A DNA stretch of 64,000 nt from a bacterium (GTDB taxonomy: Bacteria > Actinomycetota > Acidimicrobiia > Spongiisociales > ZC4RG35): positions 98,424 to 162,423 of the forward strand of contig JAPPLW010000103.1 in NCBI GenBank assembly GCA_028819345.1. The letters are read 5' to 3'. The notes under the pieces are model-generated. The model was not told the DNA's origin. It did not search any database and saw nothing but the letters and a program-made list of their open reading frames with translations. Numbering within the stretch: position 1 is the stretch's first letter; the number at the start of each line of letters is the position of its first letter. Shown one piece after another: positions 47,435 to 56,831 of this stretch. Position numbers and translations under genes: made by a program.

Positions 47435-48666
47435 GCAGCCCCGGGGTTTATGCCCCTCAGCACCCAGAGGGCCGTCAGGCCGATGAGCATCAGGGAGAAC
47501 ATCGCGGCATGGCGGCTCATGCCCAGGACGTCCACGATGAAGCCCCAGAGCAGCGGGCCCAGGACCGCGGCGAAACGGCCCACAGTGGCGTACAGGCCGT
47601 AGAACTCGCCAACCCGCTCGGGTGGAGAGAGACCGGTCATCACCACCCGGTCGGTGGCCCAAAGTCCCCCCAGCGAGACGCCGCCCGACAGCCCGGCCAC
47701 CCAGATCAACCAGGCGGCGCCCGACAGCGCCGCGGTCACGCCCAAGGCAATGGTGACCACCCAGAGTCCCAGGATCAATCGCAGACCGCGCCCCGGTCCC
47801 AAGCGCTCGGCCAGCCAGCCGCCCAGGAACCCCCCGCCCATGGAGGCCGCGATGGCGGCGCCAAGAAGAGCCGTCACCTGGGAGGTGGTCAGTCCCACCT
47901 CCTCGGTGGCATATATGGCCAGGAAGCCCCCGATGAGGGTGTTCACGGTGTCGGTATAGCAAAACCTGCCCACCAGGAACCTGGTGAGGTTGGGATACTG
48001 GCGGGTAGCCTGCCATGATCTGAGCAGATCACCGAAGATTCTCCGCAGAGGCGGGGGATCGCCCTGTACCGGAGGTCGGGGTGCGGGCCTGATTAGGAAG
48101 AAGGCGGGCAGGGAGAACACCGCGAAGCCAACCGCCAGGGAGCGGAACACCGCCGGGTAGCCTCCACCCACCCCCAGGACCAGGGTCCCGATGCCCAGTC
48201 CGATGAAGGACCCCAGATACCCGAGCGCCACGCCCATCCCGGACACGCGGCTGCGGGTTTCGGGGGTGCTGACGTCCAGCAGCAGGGAGTCGTAAACAGC
48301 GGAGCCGACATGGAATCCGATCAGCGACACCCCGAAGATCAACATGGTCAGCAAGACCGGGCCCACCGCCAGCAGGGCGCTTCCGCAGACGGCCATCCCG
48401 GTGGTGATCGCCAATGCGCCGATCCTGTTCCCGCGGTAGTCGGTCCGCGTCCCCACCCAGGGCGCCAGGAACGCAACCACCAATCCGGCGCCTCCGGTCG
48501 CCACCGAAAGCGCCGAGTCCGGCAGGTCATTCTCCACGATCCATTGGGGAAGGTAGAGCCCGATCACCCCGAGGGCGAAGATGGTGTTGGCCAGGTCGTA
48601 TCCGACCCACGCCCAGACCGACGAGCGGGCGGGTACCCAGCCGGATGAAGGCGTGTCCCGGTTCAC
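47353..48666 (-). CDS. MFS transporter, UMF1/Atg22-like family
   Basis: About 12 TM helices. N-terminus WAWVGYDLANTIFALGVIGLYLPQW is typical of the UMF1 family. The 3' end overlaps the convergent MscS gene by 82 nt. Confidence 0.8.
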   Translation of the reverse strand: MNRDTPSSGWVPARSSVWAWVGYDLANTIFALGVIGLYLPQWIVENDLPDSALSVATGGAGLVVAFLAPWVGTRTDYRGNRIGALAITTGMAVCGSALLAVGPVLLTMLIFGVSLIGFHVGSAVYDSLLLDVSTPETRSRVSGMGVALGYLGSFIGLGIGTLVLGVGGGYPAVFRSLAVGFAVFSLPAFFLIRPAPRPPVQGDPPPLRRIFGDLLRSWQATRQYPNLTRFLVGRFCYTDTVNTLIGGFLAIYATEEVGLTTSQVTALLGAAIAASMGGGFLGGWLAERLGPGRGLRLILGLWVVTIALGVTAALSGAAWLIWVAGLSGGVSLGGLWATDRVVMTGLSPPERVGEFYGLYATVGRFAAVLGPLLWGFIVDVLGMSRHAAMFSLMLIGLTALWVLRGINPGAAYEADSSDGDSGGNTMETDPPSAPLGT

Positions 48667-48688
48667 CGCGCGGTTGCCAACCGGCGCG

Positions 48689-49768
48689 TCAGAGGCTGAT
48701 CGCCACCGAGATCAACTCTTCATGCCCCAACCGGCCGGCGGTGGCGGCCAGGGCCACGTGGGACTCGTCCAGCGGGAACTGATGGCTGACCAGGGTGTCG
48801 AGGCGGGGGTCTGTCTCCAATTGCTGGACTCCCCACTCGAACCCCTTCCGGGACGGCCCCAGCACCCCGACCACCTTTAACTGCTTGGTGACGATCACGT
48901 CGGAATAGAGCGAGGAGATGGGACGCCCGCCCTTGGTCGAGGCGAGTATCACCTGCCCTCCCGCACGCACTATCTCCAGAGCCACGTATATGGCCTCCGG
49001 ATCGTTGGAGGTTACGTCCACCACCAGGTCCGGGCGCTGTCCGAGGCTGTTTCCCACCGCCATGGCCAGGTCCTCGGCGCTTGCGTTGACGGTCAGGTCC
49101 GCACCCAGAATGCGCGCCATCTCCAGTCGGTCGGAGTCCACGTCCAGTCCGCTGATCCCCACCCATCCGGCGCCGGCGCTCTTGGCGGCAAGCAGACAGG
49201 CAAGCCCACGGGGCCCCGGTCCCAGGATGAGCACGTTCTCTCCCGGCCTGAGACGGGGTATTTCAACCGCCCAGGTCCAGCCGTCAGCCAGGGAATGGGC
49301 GATGGTGGCTGTCACTGCCGGGATGTCATCGCTGATGTGGTGGAGCCGGGCATTGGGATCGAGATAGAGAGTCTCGGCCATCCCTCCCCACAGTCCCGGG
49401 TGTTCGGTGGAGGGGAGCAACCCGTAGGTGTTGACCGGATAGCGGCGGGAGCAGAAGGACAGGCCGGCCAGGCAGGATGAGCAACTCCGGCATCGCATGA
49501 CCGGCTCCACCAGCACCCGGGAGCCGATCGGATAGGGCAGGTCCCCGTTGATGCTGTCGGCAATCCTCCCGACGACCTGTCTCCCCAGGATGAGGGGGTA
49601 GGTCAGTCTCGAGATCTCTCCCGCCCAGGCCTGGGCGTCGATTCCCGAGAGGGTGGTGGCTTCCACCGCCAGCCATCCGCCCTCCCGGACGGGGCGCCGG
49701 TTGAGGGTGGTGGCGCGCAGGGTGTGGGGCTCAACCAGTATCTGCGCCTTGACGCTGATTCCGCTCAT
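48689..49768 (-). CDS. Zinc-dependent alcohol/polyol dehydrogenase (MDR family)
   Basis: Structural-zinc Cys cluster CRSCSSCLAGLSFC. Rossmann motif LILGPGPRGLACLL. 359 aa from the ATG at 49768. Confidence 0.8.
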   Translation of the reverse strand: MSGISVKAQILVEPHTLRATTLNRRPVREGGWLAVEATTLSGIDAQAWAGEISRLTYPLILGRQVVGRIADSINGDLPYPIGSRVLVEPVMRCRSCSSCLAGLSFCSRRYPVNTYGLLPSTEHPGLWGGMAETLYLDPNARLHHISDDIPAVTATIAHSLADGWTWAVEIPRLRPGENVLILGPGPRGLACLLAAKSAGAGWVGISGLDVDSDRLEMARILGADLTVNASAEDLAMAVGNSLGQRPDLVVDVTSNDPEAIYVALEIVRAGGQVILASTKGGRPISSLYSDVIVTKQLKVVGVLGPSRKGFEWGVQQLETDPRLDTLVSHQFPLDESHVALAATAGRLGHEELISVAISL

Positions 49769-50000
49769 CGCCGCCTCTCTGCTATCCGTCAGAGCGTACA
49801 TATCCGAGCGGGGTCCGCCGAAATCCCCCGCGGAAGGCGGATGGGGAGAGGTTCCTCCGGCGCCGGAGGTGGCGAGGAGAGCGCCCAACCGGATGGCCTT
49901 GGAGGAAAGAACGGCGTAGTCGCCGCAGCAGGCCGAATCGCCGACCGTGGTCTCCCTGGTTGTGTCTCTGTTCTCCGGTAGGTCGTCCTGCGCCGGCGGA

Positions 50001-51182
50001 CTACCCGAGGAAGTCGGCTAGGCGCCGGGCTCCCCGGGCCAGGTCGTGGTCGGAGAGAGCATAGGAAAACCGAACGAATCCGGGGGCCCCGAACGCCTCT
50101 CCAGGCACTATCGCCACCTTGATCTCTTCCAGAATGGCTGTGGCCAACTCAATGGTGTTGCTCACCGTGCGGCCACCGAGGCTCCGGCCCAAGAGCCCCG
50201 AGCAGTTGGGAAAGGCGTAGAAGGCGCCTTGAGGAATGATGCAGTCCATTCCTGCGATGCTCGACAGGGCCTTGTAAAGGGTGCGCCGCCGCCGGTCGAA
50301 GGCCTCTCTGAATTGAGTCACCGACTGCTGCGGCCCGGTGAGAGCGGCCAACGCGGCATGCTGGGCAATGTTGCACACATTGGAGGTGGAGTGGGACTGG
50401 AAGCCGCTGGCGGCCTTGATCACGTCCGGTGGTCCGACCATCCACCCCACCCGCCAGCCGGGCATGGCATAGGCTTTGGCGACGCCGTTCACGATCACCC
50501 ACCGGTCCTCCATCGAGGCCGCGATGGAGGAGAACTCCGCCCCGTCGTAGACGAAGTGCTCATAGATCTCATCGGCTATCACCCAGATTCCCCGCTCCGA
50601 CGCCCAGTCAGCCAATTCCCTCACCATCTCGGGGCTGTAAACGGCGCCGGTCGGGTTGGAGGGTGAGACGAAAATGAGCGCCTTGGTGCGCTCGGTGACC
50701 ACCCTGTCCAACTGGTCTATGGTGACCTGAAAACCGGTGGTCTGGTCGGCGAGAACTGGTACGCCGACTCCGCCTGCCAACTCGATGGTCCAGGGATAGG
50801 AGACCCAGTAGGGGGCGGGGACGATCACCTCGTCTCCGGGGTCCAGCAGGGTGGCGCAGGCGGCGAACACGGCATGCTTTCCTCCGTTGGTCACCAGGAC
50901 CTGCGACGGGGAGATATCCACTCCCGAATTGGCGTTGGTGGCGTCCGCCACCGCTTCTCGCAGGTCCGCCAGACCGGGGGTGGCGGTGTAGCGATGGTTC
51001 CCGACGTCGCCGCAGGCCTTGGCGGCGGCGGCCACGATGTGGTCGGGGGTGGGGAAGTCGGGCTCCCCCGGCCCGAAGCTGATGACGTCGTGCCCCGCCT
51101 CTCTCATCTGTTGGGCCTTGGCGGAGACCGCCATGGTTGCCGAAGGGGCGATGCTTCCGATCCGGTTTGAGATGCGATTCAT
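50001..51182 (-). CDS. Aspartate aminotransferase (class I PLP aminotransferase)
   Basis: SPSNPTGAVY motif. PLP-lysine region NGVAKAYAMPGWRVGW. GEPDFPTP near the N-terminus. 393 aa. Confidence 0.9.
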   Translation of the reverse strand: MNRISNRIGSIAPSATMAVSAKAQQMREAGHDVISFGPGEPDFPTPDHIVAAAAKACGDVGNHRYTATPGLADLREAVADATNANSGVDISPSQVLVTNGGKHAVFAACATLLDPGDEVIVPAPYWVSYPWTIELAGGVGVPVLADQTTGFQVTIDQLDRVVTERTKALIFVSPSNPTGAVYSPEMVRELADWASERGIWVIADEIYEHFVYDGAEFSSIAASMEDRWVIVNGVAKAYAMPGWRVGWMVGPPDVIKAASGFQSHSTSNVCNIAQHAALAALTGPQQSVTQFREAFDRRRRTLYKALSSIAGMDCIIPQGAFYAFPNCSGLLGRSLGGRTVSNTIELATAILEEIKVAIVPGEAFGAPGFVRFSYALSDHDLARGARRLADFLG

Positions 51183-51285
51183 AGGTGCAGAGGTTAATAG
51201 GTCGCGCGCCGGGCGGCGACATGAATCAAGTCTCCACCCCTCGAAGGTGACTGTCGGCCGGCATGCCGGCGGCGTCCGCCGATCA

Positions 51286-51318
51286 CCGGCAAAGGTCCGG
51301 TCATCGGTCCTTTGCCGG
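51286..51318 (-). other. Perfect 10-bp inverted repeat (stem-loop) spanning the stop codon of the LapA-like gene
   Basis: CCGGCAAAGG (51286-51295) pairs with CCTTTGCCGG (51309-51318), leaving a 13-nt loop. No U-tract follows, so it is not a canonical intrinsic terminator. Confidence 0.4.
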
Positions 51319-51645
51319 TCGTCTCCTCCGGCGGCGGAGGAGCGCGAGGGTCTCCCAGACCAGGATGGCGGCGACCGCCACTGCGGCCATCAATAGAATC
51401 ATCGGGTAGGCGCCGCTCCACCAGAGGAAGTTGACCTTCACGGAGTGGGAGTTCTGCAGGACGAACCAGATCAGAAGGAGAGCCAGCGCTCCCCCTCCTG
51501 CCACCTTCCAGGGGAAGGACGACTTATCCAGACCCGACCCCGATGGCGGAGTCTCCGGATTGGAATGCCCGTCCTTGCCCTGATCCCGGTCGGAATTCTT
51601 CATATCCAACCTGGATTGTACAAACCCCTCGTATCGCCGGTCCAA
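51301..51645 (-). CDS. LapA/DUF1049-domain small membrane protein
   Basis: Two TM helices flank NSHSVKVNFLWWSGAYPMILLM, followed by a basic tail (RRRRRRPAKDR), as in the LapA domain. The start is ATG 51645 or ATG 51603. Confidence 0.6.
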   Translation of the reverse strand: MDRRYEGFVQSRLDMKNSDRDQGKDGHSNPETPPSGSGLDKSSFPWKVAGGGALALLLIWFVLQNSHSVKVNFLWWSGAYPMILLMAAVAVAAILVWETLALLRRRRRRPAKDR

Positions 51646-51767
51646 CAGACGGGGCGGCTGATCGGGGTGCCGGGGATTTGCTCCATCCTCAGAGCATTAG
51701 ATTGTTTTACGCCCTCTTTATCAGGCATGCGGTACAAGGGGTAAGCGAGGCAAGCCAAAGGAGAGTC

Positions 51768-52703
51768 ATGAAAGAGCCATCCGATCAGGGTATGGAGGAA
51801 ACGCCGTCCGCAGATGAGAGCCCGGACGTCGATACACCCTTGGCGAAGAAGCGAGTCCGCGGGGCATTCAGCTTCCTGCGCGTTCCGTCCTTCTGGGGAG
51901 GGCTGGTGGTTGGATTGGTGGCGCTTGGCGTAGGAGTGGCGATCGGACTGGGGGTGGACCGCTGGATGGACGATGACCGAGGGCGCGACTCTGTTGAGCG
52001 TGGGGAATTCGCGGTCCACTCCTTCCGCATGGACCCCTCCGGCGAGTGGGACAAGGAGGGTCGGCAGTGGCCTGGGGGAAACCGGTTCTGGTTCCGCTTT
52101 CCCGCCGGGAAGCAGGGGGATTGGATGGAAGGCTGGGAGGGCAAGAAGCCGGGTGGGAACAAGGAATTCGAAAGGGACGGCTTCCCATGGAAGGACGGCC
52201 CGCGTGAGGGAGGTTCCTATCTCTCCGATGAGGAACTGGCGTTGTTGGAGCGGTTCATCGACGTGATCGAGGAGGTGGTGGATGAGGTGGGCGACTATCT
52301 CGACAGAGGTGGCTTCGATCCTCCCGGGAACCGGCAGTTCGGGCCTGCCTGGTTCTTCGAAGACGGCTTCTGGAAGGGTTTCGAGGGGAGGCTGTTCGGC
52401 GATGAGTACCGGAGGGGCGATAAGGAGTCCAAGAGCGATCCCGAAGGCTCCTGGGAAGAAGACCAGGCCCCTTGGGATGAAGGGGAGGGGCCGTTCGGGG
52501 ACTTCGGGTTCCCATTCGGCGAGTTCCTTCCCGGGTTCGCGTTCCTGGAAGACTGCGAACTGGACTCTCTGGAGCTTCCCGGCATCTTTGAGGACCTGCC
52601 CGACGAGGAGGACGGTCTCGAGGACAACGAAAGCATGGAGGACTTCTTCGAACAGATCGAAGAGTTGTTCCGAGAGGCTTGCGAACAACCTTCAGACGGC
52701 TGA
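51768..52703 (+). CDS. Single-pass membrane protein with an acidic, Trp/Phe/Gly-rich low-complexity domain
   Basis: RBS AAGGAGAG lies 5 nt upstream of the ATG. TM helix FWGGLVVGLVALGVGVAIGLGV. The remaining 230 aa are rich in W, F, G, E and D (GDWMEGWEGKKPGGN, FGDFGFPFGEFLPGFAFLED). GC3 favours this strand over the antisense ORF at 51600-52688. Confidence 0.6.
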   Translation: MKEPSDQGMEETPSADESPDVDTPLAKKRVRGAFSFLRVPSFWGGLVVGLVALGVGVAIGLGVDRWMDDDRGRDSVERGEFAVHSFRMDPSGEWDKEGRQWPGGNRFWFRFPAGKQGDWMEGWEGKKPGGNKEFERDGFPWKDGPREGGSYLSDEELALLERFIDVIEEVVDEVGDYLDRGGFDPPGNRQFGPAWFFEDGFWKGFEGRLFGDEYRRGDKESKSDPEGSWEEDQAPWDEGEGPFGDFGFPFGEFLPGFAFLEDCELDSLELPGIFEDLPDEEDGLEDNESMEDFFEQIEELFREACEQPSDG

Positions 52704-52833
52704 GCCCCTGGGAGGGGTGAGTCCAAGAGCCGCAACCTGATTGGTTCCGGGAAAACCTCTACTCCGCGCTGCCCGGCCGGATCGGATTGGCTAGGGTATA
52801 GGCAAACAGACTTGTCTCAGCAAGGAGGAAACC

Positions 52834-54204
52834 TTGACACCCAAACGATCTGATTACGGAGTCACCCGTCGCCAGTTCCTGGGAGGAACCTCAGCGCTCA
52901 TGGCCTTTGCGGCGATGGGTGGACTATCCAGCCTCCTGGCGGCCTGCGGCGGAGGGGATCCCACCGATGAGGGGGCGGAGCCGGGTGATGACTTTACCGG
53001 CGAGTTGGGGGTGTTGATCGGGACCCACATGGACCCCATCAAGCAACTGCTGGAGCAGCATCAGGCCAACGTGGGATTCGCTCCCAATGTCGAAGAGGTC
53101 ACCAGCCCCGATCTGCGCACCAAGCTGACCACTTCCTTCCTGGCTCAGAGTTCGCCTTGGGACGCGGTGTTCGTCACCGCCACGCTGGGGGCCGAACTTC
53201 AGCAAGGGGAGTGGCTCACCAACGCCGGTCCCTTCATGGACGAGCGGGTGAGGAGCGAACCGGACCTGTTGACCCGCGGCATGGGCGCCGTGGAGTTCGG
53301 CGGGGAGACCTGGGCGGTGCCGTGGACCATGGGGAGCCAGTTGTTGCACTGGAACAAGAAGCTCATGACGGATGCAGGGCTCGATCCCGACGCTCCGCTC
53401 GACTGGCATTCCACTCCCAACTCCTACGACACGTTCGTCGAGTACGCCATAGCGATGACCGGGGAGCGGGACGGTGTCCAGTACTACGGACTCACCGACG
53501 CCTGGGCCGACCAGCACGTTCTGTTCACCTGGGGCGGCATGCTTCACATGCATGGCGGGACTTTCCTCGACGAGGAACAGCAGCCGGCCTTCAACAGCGA
53601 AGCGGGGGTGGAAGCCCTCCAGAAGCTGCATGACCTGCTTCATGTTCACAAATGCATCGATCCCGCCGTCGGCACCTATACCTGGGTGTTCGACGCCACG
53701 CCCGGTTTTTTCGACGGCACGCGGGGCATGTTCATCTCCTGGCCGTTCGTGGCGGGAGTGGCGGCCATTCCCGACGCCGCGCCCGGGATCGCCGGCCACA
53801 GCGCATTCGCTCCCAACCCGGCGGTGGTCACCAGCGGTTCGGTGGACGGATCGGAGTTCTTCGGAGTCCCGGTCTATGCCGAGAACAAGGACGAGGCCTG
53901 GCGCCTGCTGGACCTGATCTCTTCCCGCGAGGGCCAGAGAGTGGTGGCGCTGGGCGGATGGGGTTCCATCTACAGCGGGGTTCTGAACGAGCCCGACATC
54001 GTGGAAGCCTTCCCGTTCTACCCGGCTCTGGCCAAGGCCTACGAGTATCCCGTGGAAGGCGGATGGTCCGAGGACCGACCCCGCTGGACGCAGTTCCTCT
54101 CCGACGAGATCCACGAGGTGCTGGCGCAGCGCAAGTCGCCGAAGCAGGCACTGGATGACGCCGCGGCGGCCACGTTGGAAGCCCGAAGGCAGGACGAAGC
54201 GTAA
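52834..54204 (+). CDS. Carbohydrate ABC transporter substrate-binding lipoprotein (family 1, CUT1)
   Basis: Tat signal TRRQFLGG with lipobox LLAA-CGGGD. RBS AAGGAGGA and a TTG start. 456 aa, typical of sugar-binding proteins. Confidence 0.85.
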   Translation: MTPKRSDYGVTRRQFLGGTSALMAFAAMGGLSSLLAACGGGDPTDEGAEPGDDFTGELGVLIGTHMDPIKQLLEQHQANVGFAPNVEEVTSPDLRTKLTTSFLAQSSPWDAVFVTATLGAELQQGEWLTNAGPFMDERVRSEPDLLTRGMGAVEFGGETWAVPWTMGSQLLHWNKKLMTDAGLDPDAPLDWHSTPNSYDTFVEYAIAMTGERDGVQYYGLTDAWADQHVLFTWGGMLHMHGGTFLDEEQQPAFNSEAGVEALQKLHDLLHVHKCIDPAVGTYTWVFDATPGFFDGTRGMFISWPFVAGVAAIPDAAPGIAGHSAFAPNPAVVTSGSVDGSEFFGVPVYAENKDEAWRLLDLISSREGQRVVALGGWGSIYSGVLNEPDIVEAFPFYPALAKAYEYPVEGGWSEDRPRWTQFLSDEIHEVLAQRKSPKQALDDAAAATLEARRQDEA

Positions 54205-54220
54205 AACCGCGCCCGACTCC

Positions 54221-55150
54221 ATGACCCCTCAGGCGGAGGTGGTCGAGGTTCGGGCTGGCTGGACTCGCCGCCGCGGTCGCTTGGTCGCGGCGGCGATGGT
54301 GGCCCCTGCTGTGCTGGTGGTGTGCGGGGTGTACGCCTACCCGGCCCTCTCGACCCTGGCCTACAGCGTTTCCAAGATAGACCTGTCCCCCCGCTTCCGG
54401 ATCGAGGGCTTCGTCTGGTTGAGGAACTTCATCAACCAGTTGACCGATCCTCACTTCTGGCAGGCGACCTGGATAACCATCTACTTCGGGGTGATGCTCT
54501 GTCTGTTGACGGTGGTGCTGTCTTTTCTGATAGCCCTCCTCCTGAACAAGACGTTCTTCGGTCGGGGTCTGCTCAGGGTGACGGTTCTTCTCCCATGGGC
54601 GGTGCCGCCCGTCGCCTCCGGGGTGCTGTGGGTGCAGATGTTCCATGCCGAGTTCGGATTCCTCAACGGACTGATCAGGGCATTCGGTGGAGAGGGGGGG
54701 ATAATCTGGTTGGGCGGGTCGACCATCGCACTGCACTCGGTGCTGATCACCGAGGTGTGGAGATGGATTCCGTTCGCCACCCTGTTCATCCTGGCGGGCC
54801 TGCAGATCGTGCCCAAGTCTGTCCGTGAGGCGGCCGCCATAGACGGCGCCGGTTCCTGGCGGGGTTTCCGCCATGTGACCTTCCCGCTGATGTTGCCGGT
54901 GGTGGTGCCGGTGGTGATCTTCCTGTTCGTGTGGGCGATGAAGGTATTCGACACCATCTTCGTCCTGACCCGCGGCGGCCCCACCCGGGGTACCACCACC
55001 CTCAACTTCCTGACCTACCGCCAGGGATTCGTACAGTTCGACTTCGGGAACGCGGCGGCGACCGCATACCTCCTGTCTGCCCTGACGGTGGTGGTCATAG
55101 CCGGCCTGGGGTGGATGCTCGCCCGATCCCGGAAACTGGCGGGAATGTAG
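54221..55150 (+). CDS. Carbohydrate ABC transporter permease (MalF/UgpA-like)
   Basis: Six TM helices. EAA-loop region EAAAIDGAGSWRGFRHVTFPLM. ATG at 54221. Confidence 0.85.
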   Translation: MTPQAEVVEVRAGWTRRRGRLVAAAMVAPAVLVVCGVYAYPALSTLAYSVSKIDLSPRFRIEGFVWLRNFINQLTDPHFWQATWITIYFGVMLCLLTVVLSFLIALLLNKTFFGRGLLRVTVLLPWAVPPVASGVLWVQMFHAEFGFLNGLIRAFGGEGGIIWLGGSTIALHSVLITEVWRWIPFATLFILAGLQIVPKSVREAAAIDGAGSWRGFRHVTFPLMLPVVVPVVIFLFVWAMKVFDTIFVLTRGGPTRGTTTLNFLTYRQGFVQFDFGNAAATAYLLSALTVVVIAGLGWMLARSRKLAGM

Positions 55151-55152
55151 CT

Positions 55153-56004
55153 GTGGCGGCGCTGGTGGGTACGTCTGCGGGACGCCGTCTCAAACGGGTG
55201 CTGACCTACGGCGCCGCCGTTCTGGTCCTGGTGGTGACGGCTTTCCCCCTCTACGGGATCATCCTGACCAGCATCCAGACCGAACCGGACATTCGCTCCG
55301 TTGACGTGGCGTTCATCCCCACCTACATCGAGACCGAGCACTATCAGCGGATCTTTGATGAGGCTTCGGGCATCCCGGTGGCGGAGTCGATGGTGAACAG
55401 CCTGGTGGTGGCGCTGGCGACCGCTTTCCTGACCGTGGCGATCGCAGTGCCGGCGGCCTACGCCCTGCACCGGATGTCGGTCCCGGGGAGACGGATCATT
55501 CTGGGCGGCTTCGCCGCCATCTACATCCTCCCCACTCTGCTGTTCGTCCTTCCCTTGTTCATCGCGGTGGTGCAATTGGGCCTCTACGACACCTACATAG
55601 GGCTGGTGCTTCCCTACGTCGCGTTCACACTGCCCTTCATGGTGTGGATCATGGGATCTTTTGTCCGGGCGATACCGGTGGAGGTGGAGGAGATGGCCCG
55701 GATCGACGGCGCCGGGCTTCGCCAGTTGATGTTTCGCATCATCATCCCGCTGCTCCGGCCCGGGATCTTCGCCGGACTGCTGTTGGGCTTCATTCTCGCC
55801 TGGGTGGAGTTCCTCACCCCTTTGCTCTTCACCAGCGACCTTTCCATCCTCACCGTGACCCTGGGTTTGTTCCGCTCGACCATGGACATCGCCATCGGGC
55901 AGTTGGCGGCGGCCACGGTCATCACCGCTCTGCCGGTGATCCTCATCACCGCTATCTTCCAGCGCAACATCTCCGAGGTGGTGACAGCCGGGGTGGAGAG
56001 ATGA
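55153..56004 (+). CDS. Carbohydrate ABC transporter permease (MalG/UgpE-like)
   Basis: EAA-loop EEMARIDGAGLRQLMFRIIIPLLRP. Six TM helices. The GTG at 55153 lies just after the previous stop; the exact start is uncertain. Confidence 0.85.
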   Translation: MAALVGTSAGRRLKRVLTYGAAVLVLVVTAFPLYGIILTSIQTEPDIRSVDVAFIPTYIETEHYQRIFDEASGIPVAESMVNSLVVALATAFLTVAIAVPAAYALHRMSVPGRRIILGGFAAIYILPTLLFVLPLFIAVVQLGLYDTYIGLVLPYVAFTLPFMVWIMGSFVRAIPVEVEEMARIDGAGLRQLMFRIIIPLLRPGIFAGLLLGFILAWVEFLTPLLFTSDLSILTVTLGLFRSTMDIAIGQLAAATVITALPVILITAIFQRNISEVVTAGVER

Positions 56005-56068
56005 CAGGATCCCGTCTCCGAGAGAGCCGTCCGGGAGTTCCACTACCCGGGCATGAGAGGAGTGAATT

Positions 56069-56830
56069 ATGGGCAATCAGATTGATGTAGTCATCCAGCC
56101 GGTGGTGTTGAGATTCACCCTCCTGGATGACGAGGTGGTTTATTTCTTCGCCGCCGATACCGAGGCCGTCCTGGATGAGATGGAGTTGATGATGGGGATC
56201 AACCCGGAAAAGGACATGCTGTTCGACTCCAACCTCGGGTTCCTACCGGTCTCCACCACCGTGCTGATCAGGGGGGAGAAGAACATCCTGGTCGATCCCG
56301 GCAACACCCACACCGGCTTCTACGGACAGCTTGGCATAGGTCTGAAGAGATTCGGGGTGACGCCCGGAGACATAGACCTGGTTGTATGCACGCACTGTCA
56401 TCACGATCACATGGGCAGCGCCGTGTCCATCCCCGGCGTCGACATTGTGTTGGGTGAGGGAGAAGCCGACTTCTGCGAGGAGTTGTACGGCACCGCCGAC
56501 ACGGAGGCGCGCCTATCGGTGATGGGTCGTCTGATCGAGGTGGGAAGGGGAGAGGAGTTGGAGTTGATGCCCGGCGTGGCGGCTATTTCGACGCCCGGGC
56601 ACACCCCGGGTCACATCAGCGTTGTGGCCGAGAACGAAGACGGGGAGAGGGTGATAGTGGCGGGGGACACGGTGATGACCCGTGGGGAGTACACGGACCG
56701 GACGTTCTCCCACTGGTACACCAGCGGTCAGTTGCGGGAACTGCACTCCAGCCTTGACCGGCTGCAGGCCCTCCAACCGGACACGGTGATGCCGGGCCAC
56801 GACCGGGCCTTCGCTCCCCGGGGGAGTTGA
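56069..56830 (+). CDS. MBL-fold metallo-hydrolase
   Basis: HxHxDH motif as CTHCHHDHMG. Downstream TPGHTPGH metal ligand. RBS GAGAGGAG upstream. Confidence 0.85.
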   Translation: MGNQIDVVIQPVVLRFTLLDDEVVYFFAADTEAVLDEMELMMGINPEKDMLFDSNLGFLPVSTTVLIRGEKNILVDPGNTHTGFYGQLGIGLKRFGVTPGDIDLVVCTHCHHDHMGSAVSIPGVDIVLGEGEADFCEELYGTADTEARLSVMGRLIEVGRGEELELMPGVAAISTPGHTPGHISVVAENEDGERVIVAGDTVMTRGEYTDRTFSHWYTSGQLRELHSSLDRLQALQPDTVMPGHDRAFAPRGS

Positions 56831-56831
56831 G

